Assembly: GCF_009914755.1 (NCBI RefSeq)
Contig: NC_060937.1
Origin: the human T2T-CHM13v2.0 reference genome, Homo sapiens
DNA: 64,000 nt
Direction: 5' to 3' (one strand)
Below the pieces are notes generated by a model. The model saw only the letters and a list, made by a program, of their open reading frames with translations, searched no databases and had not been told where the DNA came from. Numbering within the stretch: the first letter of the stretch is position 1; each line of letters opens with the position of its first letter. This document shows, piece after piece, positions 40,758 through 53,579 of this stretch. Both the position numbers and the translations under genes were made by a program.

Positions 40758-43732
40758 TTTTTAGAGTTGACACATAATAATTGTACATGTTTATGTGGTA
40801 CAGTGTGATATTTCCGTATATGTATACATTGTGTAAAGATCAAATCAGGATATTTAGCATATCCATCACCTCATGCATTTAATGTCTCTTTGTAGTGATA
40901 ACATTCAAAACTTCTGATATGGTTTGGCTATGTCCCTGCCCAAATCTCATCTTGAATTGTTGTTCCCATAATCCCCATGTATCATGGGAGGGACCTGGTG
41001 GGAGGTAATCGAATCATGGGGGTGGTTTTCCCCATGTTGTTCTCATGACGGTAAGTTCTCATGAAATCTGATGGTTTTATAAGGGGCTCCCCACTTTGTT
41101 CAGTTCTCATTCTCTCTCCTGCCACCATGTGAAGAAGGATGTGTTTGCTTCCCCTTCCACCATGACTGTAAGTTTCTTGAGGCCTCCCCAGCCCTGCTAA
41201 ACTGTGAGTCAATTAAAGCTCTTTCCTTAATAAATTACCCAGTCTTGGGTATGTCTTTATTAGCAGTGTGAGAACGAACTAATACAATCTATTTTCTAGC
41301 TATTTTAAAATATATAATATAGTATTGTTAATCATAGTGACCCAGCTATGCAATAGAAAATCAGCATTTTTTCTTCCTAACTGTAACTTTGTACTCATTG
41401 ACTAATCTCTGCCTATTACCTTTCCTTCCTTTCCTCCCCTGCCTCTGGTAACTACTGTTCTGCTATCTACTATGAAGTCAATTCTTTTAGATTCCACATT
41501 TGAGTGAGATCATTATCTTTCTGTGCCTGGCTCATTTCACTTAACATAATGTCCTCCAGGCTCATCCATGTTGTTATAAGTGACAGGATTGCATTCTTTT
41601 TTAAAGACTGAATAGTACTCCATTGTGAATACAGGCTACATTTTCTGTATTTGTTCATCTGTTGATGGACACTTAGGTAGATTCATATCTTGGTTATTGT
41701 GAATAGAGCTGCAATAAATGTGGGAGTACAGATATCTCTTTGACATACTGATTTTATATCCTTTGCATATATACCCAGTAGTGGGATTACTGGATCATAT
41801 CATAGTTTTATTTTTTAAATTTTTTGAGGAATCTCCTACTGTTTTCCATGACAGCTGTACCAACGTGTCCTCCCACCAATGAAATACAAAGTTCCCTTTT
41901 CCTCCACACTCTCACAAGTACTTGCTATCTCTGTCTTTTTGATAATCAGCATCCTAACAAATGTGAGGTGATATCTCATTGTGGTTTCAATTTGCATTTC
42001 CCTGATGGTTAGTGATGTTGAGCATTTTTTCATATACCTGTTGGACATTTCTATGTCTCCTTTTGAGAAATGTCTATAAGGTCTTTTGCCCATTTTAAAT
42101 CAGTTGATGATGATGATGATTTGCTATTAAGTTGTTTGAGTTCTTTATGTGTTCTGAATAATAAACCTGTATCAGATGCATAGTTTACAAATACTTTCTT
42201 CCATTCTGTAGGTTGTTTCTTCACTCTATTGATGGTTTCCTTTGTTGTGCTGAGCTTTGTAGTTTGAGGTAGCCCCATTTATCTGTTTTTGCTTTTTTTG
42301 CCTGTACTTTTGAGGTCATATCAAAAAAAATCCTTGCCCATACCAATGCCAGGAAACATTTCCCTTATGTTTTCTTCTAGTAGTTTTATCCTTGCAAGTG
42401 TTACTTGTAAGTCTTTAATCCATTTTTGGTTGATTTTTGTATAGTAAGAGATAAGGGTATAGCTTGAATTTTCTGCCTGTGTGTATCCAGTTATCTCAGT
42501 ACCATGTATTACAGAGGCTGTCCTTTCCTTAATTTGTGTTCTTATCACCTTTGTCAAAAATCAGTTGAATGTAAGTGCATGGACTTATTTCTGGGTTCTC
42601 TATTCTGTTCCATTGGTCTATGTGTCTATTTTTATGACAGTATTGTGCTATTTTGGTTACTGTATCTTTGTAGTTTATTTTGAAGTCAGGTAATATGTTG
42701 GCTCTTTGGGATCTTTTTTGTTTCTTACGCATTTAGAATTATTTTTTCTATTTCTGTGAAGAAAGTCACTGGTATTTTAATAGGGGTTACAATTAACCTG
42801 TAGATTGCTTTTGGTAGTAGAAACATTTTAAGAATGTTAATTCCTCCAACTCATGAACACTGGATATCTTTCCATTTTTGTGTGTGTCTTCAATTCCTTT
42901 CACTAACATTTTATAGTTTTCATTGTAGATATCTTTTATTTCCTTGCTTAAATTTATTCCTAGGACTCTTCATTTTTGTAGCTATTGTAAATGGGGTTCA
43001 TTTCTTGATTTCTTTTTTAGATTGTTCACTATTGGTGTAAAGAAACACTACTAATTTTTGTATGTTGATTTTGTACCCTACACCTTTATTGAATTTGTTT
43101 ATTAGTTCTAACAATTCTTTTGGTAGAGTCTTTAGAGTTTTCTAGCTATAAGATCATATTTTCTGCAAAGAGGGATAATTTGACTTCTCCTCTTCCTATT
43201 TGGATGTACTTTATTTCTTTCCCTTGTTTAATTGCTCTGGCAAAGACTTCTAGTACCATGTTGAATAGAAGTGGTAAGAGTGGAAATCCTTGTCTCATTC
43301 CAGTTCTTAGAGAAAAGCTTTCAACTGTTTGCCATTCAATATGATGTTAGCTGTGGGTTTATCATATATGACCTTTACTGTGTTGATGTATGTTTCTTCT
43401 ATACCTAGTTTGTTGAGAGTTGTTATCATGAAGGCATGTTGAAATTTATCAAATGTTTTTTCTGTGCCTATTGACGTGATCCTGTTTTTTGGTCCTTGAT
43501 CCTGTTAAGGTGATATATCACATTTCTTGATTTGATAATGTTGAAACATCTTTTCATCTCTGGTATGAATTCCACTTGAATATGGTAAACAATCTTTTTA
43601 ATTTGTTGTTAACTTTGATTTGTTAGTATTTTGTTGAGTAATTTTGCATTGATGTTTATCATGAAGATTGGCCTATAATCTCTTTTTTGTTGGTGTTGTG
43701 TAACTGTCTCGTTTTGGTATCAGGGTAATGCT
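40758..43732 (-). mobile_element. L1MA-like element (~2.6 kb net): 3' UTR and degenerate ORF2, interrupted by a THE1 LTR
   Basis: Frameshifted ORF2 peptides in the track ([42 protein letters not shown]). L1MA 3' end TTGACACATAATAATTGTACAT. Confidence 0.92.
40915..41286 (+). mobile_element. THE1 (C/D-like) solo LTR nested in the L1MA 3' UTR
   Basis: TGATATGGTTTGGCTATGTCCC...TAAATTACCCAGTCTTGGGTATGTCTTTATTAGCAG..CTAATACA. Confidence 0.92.
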
Positions 43733-43777
43733 AAATTTCCTGCATTCAGACTATGCATACTATGCATATATAAATGC

Positions 43778-44066
43778 AGACTAAGGTCTACAGATACAAG
43801 GAAATATAAGATAAAAGATGTGTAGATTCAGAAATCATTTGATTAACATATATAAAACTGAAACACAGTTGGTTCTAGAGGCCGCCAAGGGCAAGAGAAT
43901 ATGAAATCATTGAAAATGAATAGGTCCGTGATTACATGCATCTCCAAAACTCGTTCAAATGTTCAAAGAGTCTTCATGTAAGTCTCCATGTTAATTTTTT
44001 TCCTTTTGCATTTATTTAACATTTAAGATATATTAGATGTGTAAGTTATGAATGACTTGTATAATT
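43778..44066. repeat. Diverged direct duplication, copy B (partner 40189-40489)
   Basis: Same colinear shared blocks as copy A. Confidence 0.85.
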
Positions 44067-44516
44067 AACTTGGGTTTTGTTTTATACATTTCTCACAGTT
44101 GAATATTTTCTTGAATTCTCTTGCCAAAATGAATTTTTGTTTAGGTTGCAGGTGTGCTGTTTTGCTTGCTCAATGGATTTCTTTGTCTCTTCTGCTCAAG
44201 CTGAAAATCAGTACCAATAGAAATCATTGAACATTTTCAACATTTTAAAATTAAGCTAGAAACCAGGGAAGTACTTACTGAATAACAGTGACTAATGGGA
44301 TTAGATATCTAATTCACCAGCAATAGGTACTTAATTCCCACACTGCCAGGAATAATAAACATGTGATTGGATGTCACAGACTTTGTGAAATTTTCAAAAT
44401 TAAAATATAGCAAAATGCATAATTAGTTAAACATTTAAAAGCTTTTTTAGAAAAATAAACGAGCAAAAATACAAGACTTTCCTAAAGGAGGAATAATGAA
44501 AGGGGATTTATTTTAT

Positions 44517-44840
<324 letters not shown>

Positions 44841-45404
44841 TAACATAAACTTTTTTTAAAGATAAAACAAATACAGTACTTCAATGTTGGCCTGAGACCG
44901 AGTAGATTAATAGAACATAATACAAAATTTATATACAGGTTCCACAGGTAAATACTAATGAAAAGTAATATTCTGAAAGGTAAATTTTAATCATATAGGG
45001 TCCATTTTCATATGTTAATTAGACATTTTATTTTTTTCTGTGCATTGCTTATATTTCATTAGATTGTTTTTAATCTAACTCATCTCCCTTTTTCCTTCCC
45101 TCTCCCACTTTATCTACCTCTCTCTCTTTTCCTCTCTCATTCTCTTTCCCTCTCTCTTCAACATGTTTAGAAATGTTATTTGAAAGGAATGATTCAAGTA
45201 AGATGAAGAGTGAAAATAATTTATAGTGTATGCTTCCTGTGTTTTAGACTTTGAACAAAAATAGGACATAGTTAAGCTGTGTGAACTTAATATAGAGCTT
45301 TGGTTACTGAGATATATAAAAATCTACATTTTATCACTTCTGTAAAAATCATCATCAATAGAGTGACTTTCTGAAAAACAGGATTGCTCTTTTAAGTATT
45401 ATAT

Positions 45405-46215
45405 ATAGCATTTGATCATCTGAATAGACACTGAAAAAATGAATCTGATAAAATCCAACATCTATTCCTGATGAAAAACTCTAAGCCAATTAAGAGTAGA
45501 AGGGTGTTTGTAATGTGATAAAGGGCATCTACAAAAGACCTACAGCTGACATCATACCTAATGATGAAAGACTGAATACTTTTCCCATAAGATCAGGAAT
45601 AAAATAAGGATATCCATTTATATCACTTGTATTCAACATTACACTGGAGTTTCTAGGCAGTGAATAGGCAAGAAAAAGAAAAGCGTTCACCTTGAAAAGG
45701 AAGAAATTATATGATCTTTATTTACTGATGACATGATCACATGTATCCAAAAAACCTAATGAAATTTAAAAAAAAGCTGCTAGAACTAATACATAATTTT
45801 AGCAAGATTTTAGAGTACAAGATCAATGTAGAAAAGTTAATTATATTTCTATATACTACTAATGAACAATTGGAAATTATAATTAAATAAATAACATGTT
45901 TTCCCACAACATCAAAGTTACAAAATACTTTGAGATAAATCTGACAAAAGATGTGCAAGACATGTACATGGAAAGCTATAAAACATTGCTATGAGAAAAC
46001 ACAGTAGATCTAAATTAATATAGAAACATCCATTGTGGTTGACTGGGGAAAGAGAGTGTTGCAGGGAGGGCCATCAGTAATCTTCTGGGGGTGATTGACC
46101 TGTTCATTATTTGATTGTGAGGACAGTTTCATGGGTTTTATATATATGTCTAAACATCAAATTATATATTTAAATATATGTAGTTTATCACGTGACAGTT
46201 ATACTTTAATAACAT
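45405..46215 (+). mobile_element. Ancient L1M ORF2 (RT region) fragment and L1ME-type 3' end
   Basis: GATAAAATCCAACATCTATTCCTGATG, CCCATAAGATCAGGAATAAAATAAGGAT, TTTACTGATGACATGAT (decayed F-T-D-D-M, cf. L1 FADDM). Confidence 0.8.
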
Positions 46216-46482
46216 TTTTATTAGTAGTATATTTTTTAAATTTCAACCAGATTTCATTATTGAAAGACTTGCCTTTATGCACTAGAACCGAGACTTCAAA
46301 ACGCTGTTAATATCCACTCTTCACTACCAACTTCTGAGACATTACTGAGACTCTTTCGAAGCAGTATTTTCTTTTGGTGTTGTGAGTGGTAGACTCGGGC
46401 ATGATCGACATCTTATTCTGGTGACCATTTTGAAGATTAATCTTTTATCTATTATGTAAGTTGCAAATATTTTCTCCTAGAG

Positions 46483-46664
46483 CAGGGGTTGGCAAGTTAT
46501 TTGAGAGTTTGCTGGCCATATGGAGTCTGTCACAATAGTCCAGCCTTCCCCAGAGTATAAAAGCAACCACAGACAATATGTAAATGATTGAGTATGAGTG
46601 TGCACCAGTAAAATTTTATTCACAAAAACTAGCAGGCAGTCCATGGGCCACCATTTTCAACCTG
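46483..46664. mobile_element. MER58A-like (hAT-Charlie)
   Basis: CAGGGGTTGGCAA...CACAGACAATATGTAAATGA..AAAATTTTATTCACAAAAAC..CCTG, with hAT-like 8-bp flanks TCCTAGAG/ATCTAGAA. Confidence 0.8.
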
Positions 46665-46669
46665 ATCTA

Positions 46670-49150
46670 GAATATTACTTGTCTTTTAACTTTATTAATG
46701 GTCCATTTTATTACACAGTTGTTTAAAATATGTAGTAGAATCCATCCAATTTTTTGGTTATTCTTAGGCTTCATATCTTTCCTTCTATAACGTTATACAG
46801 ATATTTTTCTATAAGTTTTCCAGTATTTTGTATAATTTTACATTGGAAATTTTGATTCAGCTATAATTTACATGAGTGCATGATGTGAAGTAAAGCTCTG
46901 ATTTAATTTTTCCATATGGATTTCCAAATGCTCCAACACTGTTTATTAAAAACTCCATTTTCTCATATTGACTTGAAATTTCACCTTTGTTGTATACTAT
47001 ATTTGTTACAGTAGGTAGCTAGTCAGGTATAAGCAGGGCAGCAGAGAGCTCCTTCCCCCCACCCACACACCAGGAGAGTCCAGCAACCATCAAGTGATGG
47101 TCAGGTGGTTGTTAACTGTCTCTAAAGTAACTGGTCACAGCCAGTGCTAGGAAAAGGCAGTCTCCTAATAAACACATAGGAAAAAACTGAAACTGGTGAT
47201 CTGCAGCTCCCCAGTAAGATCTCAGGAGTTGGGAGAAGTGATGCAAGACCCCAGAAGTATGCCACTGTGTGAAACCCCAAGTCAAAAGGTCACACTGTGT
47301 ACTTGATCTCTGAAGTCGCCTGCTTGGCCCTCTTCCAAGTGTATTTTTATTTTTCTTCCTTTCATTACTGCTCTAAAGCTTTTTAATAAACTTGCTCTAA
47401 AACTTCCCTCGGTCTCCTTCTGCCTTATGCTCCTCAGTCGATTTTTTTCCTCTGAGGACGCAAGAATTGAGGTTTCCGCAGACCTGTTTGGCTTTGCCAC
47501 TGCTCACATATTCTCCTATATACATAATTTATTCTGGAATCTCTCTTTTATTTCATTTATCTATTTATTCATTCTGAGCTAACACAATGCTCCTTTATTT
47601 ACTGGACTTTTATGATACATTTTTTTTCTAGGCAGAAAGGACTCAATCTGTATTACTATTTTCTCTTTTCTTGAAAGTACTATTTTTCATTATTTGTGGG
47701 TATTTATTGCTGTTGTGAATTTTTTTCTCATTACATACGTTGATTTTTGTGTGTATAGAAAACTATTACAGGTTTTCTGTCATTTTTGTATCTTGCTAAT
47801 ATTCTAACAGTTGTAATAGTTTTTCAGATGATTGTCTTGGATTTCATAGCAAAACAATCATGACACATGCAAACAGTGAAATATTTGATTCTTTATTTCC
47901 AATGTTTATTTCTCACTTTTTTTCCCTTATCCTCTTGCCGTGGCTAGGAGGGACAATAGAATGTTGGACAGTAGTAGATGACAGGCATTTTTTTTTTCTT
48001 GTTGGTGTTTAAAATGTGCTTTTAGTAATTTGAAATACAGAAGCCAACATCAGTTTTCTGTTTCAAAAATATTCTGTTCATTCTGGTACATGTATATGTA
48101 AACATATATATGTATATATATATTTGTGTGTATATATGTATAATAAGTTTTAGTTTTGTTTAATGAAGTACTTTTAAAATTCTCTATAAGTTATTTTGAT
48201 GAGAATTATAATCCTTAAAATATTGTATACTTCCATTCAGGAATAATGCATCTTTATCTGTTATTTTTCTTATATTACTAAGTAAAGTTTTCTTTCATAT
48301 TTCTTATTAAAGTTATTTTATATTTCTTATTAAAAGTATTGCAAATAATTTTATATGTGAAGTCATTTTGACATTATTATTACTTTGTGATTAATTCAGT
48401 GAGCTATTTGAGGTTTATGGAAGAGCTGATTTATATATATTCTTTCAAAATCTAAACATAGAAAACACTTATAAGTTTAATTGATTATTCAATCATTTTG
48501 GGGGTTGATAATCATTTTTAGGTTGATAATAGTATCATTTACAGATAATGAAAGTTTTGCCTTCTTTTCAGACAGTTATATCTTCTATTATACCTCCCTC
48601 TTTTTATTTATTGCTTTGGCTAGAAAAATTTTAAAAAGAGTGTTACTGCTTGGCAATCTTGCCTTATTCCATTTATTATAATTTCTTTAACATTTCTTTG
48701 TAAAGACTACTATTGGATTTTGGCCAGATATATTTCATAATCATTGTAAGGAAACTTCCTTCTCTATTTTATTAAGAATTTAAAATCAGGGCTGATATTA
48801 AACTTTCACGATTTATTTATTTATTAACATTTATTAAGATAATTGTGTGTTTTTGGAAATTTTAACCTATTGATAACATATGTTTTCTGAATTGATTTCC
48901 TAATTTTGAGGCATCTCTCTATCTTTTCAAACCACATATTTGTTCTGGTATGTTATCTATTTAATAAAATGTCAGATTTGATTTGCATGATATTTTATTT
49001 GGCACTTGTATCTGTATTTACTAATGAAATTGCTTCAGTTTTTTGTTTTTTTTTTCTTGTACAGTATTTGCCAAGTTTGGATATCAAAGCCATGTTAGCT
49101 TTATAACATCATTTGGGAAGTTTTCCATTTTTTATTATTGAGCGAAATAA
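46670..49150 (-). mobile_element. Highly degraded L1M fragments (host of the MER58 and LTR15 insertions)
   Basis: Patchy antisense L1 ORF2 motifs (CCAACACTGTTTATTAAAAACTCC, GTGTATAGAAAACTATT, AATAGTATCATTTACAGATAATGAAAGTTTTGCC). Confidence 0.6.
47004..47508 (+). mobile_element. ERV1 solo LTR, LTR15/MER50-family
   Basis: TGTTACAGTAGGTAGCTAGTCAGG...AATAAA (~47385)...CTCACA with perfect 4-bp TSD TATT. The 3' half is homologous to the LTR at 21670-22335. Confidence 0.85.
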
Positions 49151-50822
49151 CTTTTGTACATTCTGAGATTCTGCCTCTGGGTGACATGTATATATCAAAG
49201 ACAGTCTTTATTTTTTTTTTTTTTTACCCCTGAGGCTACTAAAGGTGAATTATTTAGACAATGGAATACAAGTCTGTTTGACTTGGAGAATTCTCAAAGG
49301 GTTAACATTTTACCTAGAATTTTGTTTTCTATTTTTTTCTACTATAATTTTTGGCCATGAGAAACAACTGCCATATTTCTTAAAAATTTTAGTGTTTAAA
49401 AGTCAGGTGAAATGTTGAATATTTGTTGAAATATTTTTCTACCACTAGTCTATTGGAATCCATAGTTGAAATGAAATGCTTACACAGGTGTTGGTTGAGT
49501 TTGGCTTTGTCATTTTACCTAAACCACTTTAAAATGTTGCTATTTTGACTCAGTTTAGAAATAAAACGTCTTATATTCTGTTTGATATTGGTATTACCTA
49601 TTTTGTTGGAAGGTCTGAATGTACCCATACATATTATATATGTGTTAATCTTTTGATCTATGGGGTTAAGTTGTGTTTTGGGATGTACAAAAACAAAAAC
49701 ACAAAATTTAAAATTTAAAAATCTGTTAGTCTCATCTCACAGGAAAAAAAGCTGTTAACTGTGAGATAAGATTGTTCTGAGATGTGAGAAATAAATTAAT
49801 AAAATTAAAATTATAATATACATATATAAAATAAAGAAATATTACATGAACACAATGCAAAGGAATCTATATCAATTTTCCCTGTCATAAATTTCTACAC
49901 ATAAAAGAAATAATAACTACTTCCTTATCGAAGGACAAACTTTGAATATCTTCATACTTTTAAAACAAACTTTATTTATGATCTTACAGGTTCACGTATC
50001 AGTATTTGCAAAATAAATAAAATATTGCTTGAAATGAAAAATGGCTTCAAAGGTAAGTATCTTAGTATATTTCTGTAGCTTATTTTACTTTGTTGTGGTT
50101 CCTGAAAAGAAAGCAGCAGGAATTGACCCAGGTCTTCGATTTTTAGATCTGAATGTTAACACAGAGTTTCTGGCTTCCAATAGTTACTGTTGGGTTGTGC
50201 TGCTCAATGAAAAATTTCAGAATAAAATAGCTTTCTCCTGAAGTAGCTGAGAGTTCCGTTTTGGTGCCAATTCCCAGTCCTTATCTCCAATGTTTGCCAA
50301 AGTATAAATAGCTCCAAAACATCAGCATTGGTTGCTAAACACTTTGCTGTGCAATAACTATCATCACTTCACAGTAACAATTGACAAATGATTCATTACT
50401 GTCAGATAAAAGGTTTTTAAATCACTTCTTAACAACATTTATTAAGGATTTTGAAGGTAATCAGTGGAGATATATTTTTTCTAGTGTATTTATTCTTCAT
50501 CTGCAGTCTTTAGGGATGTGCCAATTATAATTTATCTACTATCTGTTGTGAAACCTGGATAACAAGATAATATAAGTAATTAACAAGGTTTGTACACTAC
50601 AGAAAGATATTATATTTCCTGACATGTTTAAACTAACAGAGAGAAATTGTGTTGATAATATTTTATTTCTGTTTCATCCCTGAGGACAATAAGTATTTTT
50701 TTCTCAGTCCTATTTGGATAAGGATAAAGTTTACAGGTATATTATACCAGGCATTTAGATACAAAAATATTACAAGTCAAATGGATCTTAGTTTGGGCTA
50801 GTTCTCTAAAAATCAGTAGTTT

Positions 50823-52490
50823 AGGCAACAGGCAGAGGCTGGAACAGTTTGGAGAGCTCAGAAGAAGACTGGAAAATGTGGGAAAGTTTGGAACTTGCTA
50901 GAGACTTGTTGAATGGCTTTGGCCAAAATGCTGATAGTGATACGGACAATAAAGTCCAGGCTGAGTTGGTCTCAGATGGAGATGAGGAACTTGTTGGGAA
51001 CTGGTGTAAAGGTCACTCTTGCTATGCAAAAAGACTGGTAGCATTTTGCCCCTGCCCTAGAGATTTGTGGAACTTTGAATGTGAGAGAGATTATTTAGGT
51101 ATTTGGCATAAGAAATTTCTAAGTGGCAAAGTGTCCAAGAGGAAGCAGAGCATAAAAATTTGAAAAATTTGCAGCCTGATTATGGAGTAGAAAAGAAAAA
51201 CCCATTTTCTGAGGAGAAATACAAGCCAGCTGCAGAAATTTGCATAAGTAACGAGGAGCCAAATGTGAATCTCCAAGACAATGGGGAAAATGTCTCCAGG
51301 TCATGTAAGAGACATTCGTGGGAGCCCTTCCCATCCCAAGCCCAAAGGCCTAGGAAGGAAAAATGGTTTCCTGGGCCAGATCTGAGGCACCCCCTGCTGT
51401 GTGCAGTCTCGGGACTTGGTGCCCTGTGTCCTAGCTGCTCTAGCTGTGGCTAAAACCAGGCCAAGGTACAGCTTGGGCCATAGTTTCTAAGGGTACGAGT
51501 CCCAAGCTTTGGCAGTTTCCATGTGGTTGAGGCTGCAGGTGCACATATGTCAAGAATTGAGGCTCAGAAACCTCTGCCTAGATTTCAGAGGATGTATGGA
51601 AACACCTGTATGACTAGGCAGAAGTTTGCTTTAGGGGTGGGGCCCTCATGGAGAACCTGTGCTAGGGCAGTGCAGAAGGGAAATGTGGGGTTGAAGCCCT
51701 CACACAGAGTCCCTACTGGGCACTGACTAGTGGAGCTGTGAGAAGAGGGCCACCATCCTCCAGACACCAGAATGGTAGAGCCACAGACAGCTTGCACCAC
51801 ACACCTGGAAAAGCTACAGGTATTCAACACCAGACCATGAAAGCAGCTGGGAGAGGGGCTGTACCCTGCAAAGCCACAGGGGCAGAGCTGCCCAAGGTTG
51901 TGGGAGCCTACCCCTTGCATCACTGTGACCTGAATGTGAGACATGGAATCAAAGGAGATCATTTTGGAGCTTTAAGTTTTGACTGCCTTGTTGGATTTTG
52001 GACTTGCATGGGGCCTGTAACCCCTTTATTTTGGCCAATTTCTTTCCACATTTTTGGAAAGGCATGATTACATGTTGAAATGTGAGGACGTGAGATTTGG
52101 GAGGGACCAGGGATGGAATGATATGGCTGTGTTCCCACCTGAATCTCATCTTGAATTGTAGTTCCCATAATCCCCACACGTCCTGGGAGGGACCCAGTGA
52201 GAGGTAATTGAATCATGGGGGTGGTTACCCCCACCCTTCCTTCTGTTCTCATGATAGTGAGTGAGTTCTCACAAGATCTGATGGTTTCATTAGGGGTTTT
52301 CCCCCTTTTACTTGGCACTTCTCTCTTGCCTGCCACCATATAAGACATTCCTTTGCTCTTCCTTCATCTTCTGCCATGATTGTGAGGCCTCCCCAGCCAT
52401 GTGGAACTGTGAGTTCATTAAACCTTTTTCCTTTATGAATTACCCAGTCTTGGGTAAGTCTTTATTAGCAGTGTGAAAGCTGACTAATAC

Positions 52491-52491
<1 letters not shown>
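50823..52491 (+). mobile_element. THE1 (C/D-like) internal region plus 3' LTR (52119-52491); 5' LTR missing
   Basis: MaLR ORF remnant (MWESLELARDLLNGFGQNADSD..VSDGDEELVGNW). Purine-rich tract GGGAGGGACCAGGGATGGAA lies immediately before the TGATATGG LTR start, and the LTR ends CTAATACA. Confidence 0.92.
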
Positions 52492-52492
<1 letters not shown>

Positions 52493-52568
<76 letters not shown>

Positions 52569-52576
52569 GTATATAT
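52493..52576. repeat. Compound microsatellite (CT)n(AT)n
   Basis: Directly visible in the sequence. Confidence 0.97.
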
Positions 52577-53579
52577 TTTACTTAAATTACACAAGTATCC
52601 CTTCATTCAGATTTCACATGAGTTTGCAAGGTCAATATTTTAACCTCAGTAACTTTGCATCTTATTGACTATTTTAAAGTTAATATGGCTGCCTTTTACT
52701 TTCAGGGCAGAGAAAATTAGTGATACTTAGACTTACTGGTAATATATCATTTGAATGAATTCAATGTATGCTTTCAAAAAAAAAAAGTCACCCTGCAAAC
52801 AATTTCTCTATAAATAGAATTAATTAATGCTGTTTTCTAGATTTTCAAAAGCTTTATATTAAAAGCTGACTCAATCCTCAATTGCCATTGGGTTGTGAAC
52901 TTGATGCAGGTGGCTTCTTTATAACTTGACAAAAGTCTAGAGAGATTTAGCTGAGTTTTACAAATTCATACTGCATGAATTTCTGTTGATTTATTACCTT
53001 ATTTGACAGAGATGAAACATGTGAACAAACATCCTAGTTTTCTTGTTTTGAACATAAAAAAGAAACAGTCTCTCAGGTGACAATGAGGCATTAATTTATA
53101 TGTTTGGTAAGCCCAAACCCACTTTAAAAAAATTTGTCCATAATATAAGGAGTCATTCCTTGCTTGATTTAATTAATATTAACAATATGTTAATAGAATA
53201 AACTGACAAAAATTCACTACGATTAATTTCTTTTTACCAACATTTTTTTCTTCCAAAGGTAAATTGTTATATACACACACATGTATCTGTACCCATGCAT
53301 GCAAACACACACATACCTAAGCTTGTTATATTATTATTTTCATATTACTATTGTAAGTTAATGATCTTATATTTCAGTTAATTGCTATACTTGGTAATGC
53401 CTCTGTTCTAGAACTTTGAAAAATAATCAACATTTGAATAGAACGAAAATCTTGAAATCTCAACATAGTAAGACATGCTGAGGTAGAGAATAAAATGCAG
53501 ATCACTCAAAAGAATTTGGTAATGTCAGTATTTTCATTCTTTTGTAGTCATTACTTGGGGCAGAGATGATAATAGCAAC

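Noticed and set aside
40189-44066. Interpreting the ~300-bp duplication as the TSD of the L1MA
   Set aside because: It is far longer than typical L1 TSDs, and copy A ends ~270 bp before the L1 boundary.
50849-52348. Cluster of 60-130 aa ORFs (and similar ones at 60506-62512)
   Set aside because: Frameshifted THE1/MaLR internal and LTR remnants, not an intact gene.
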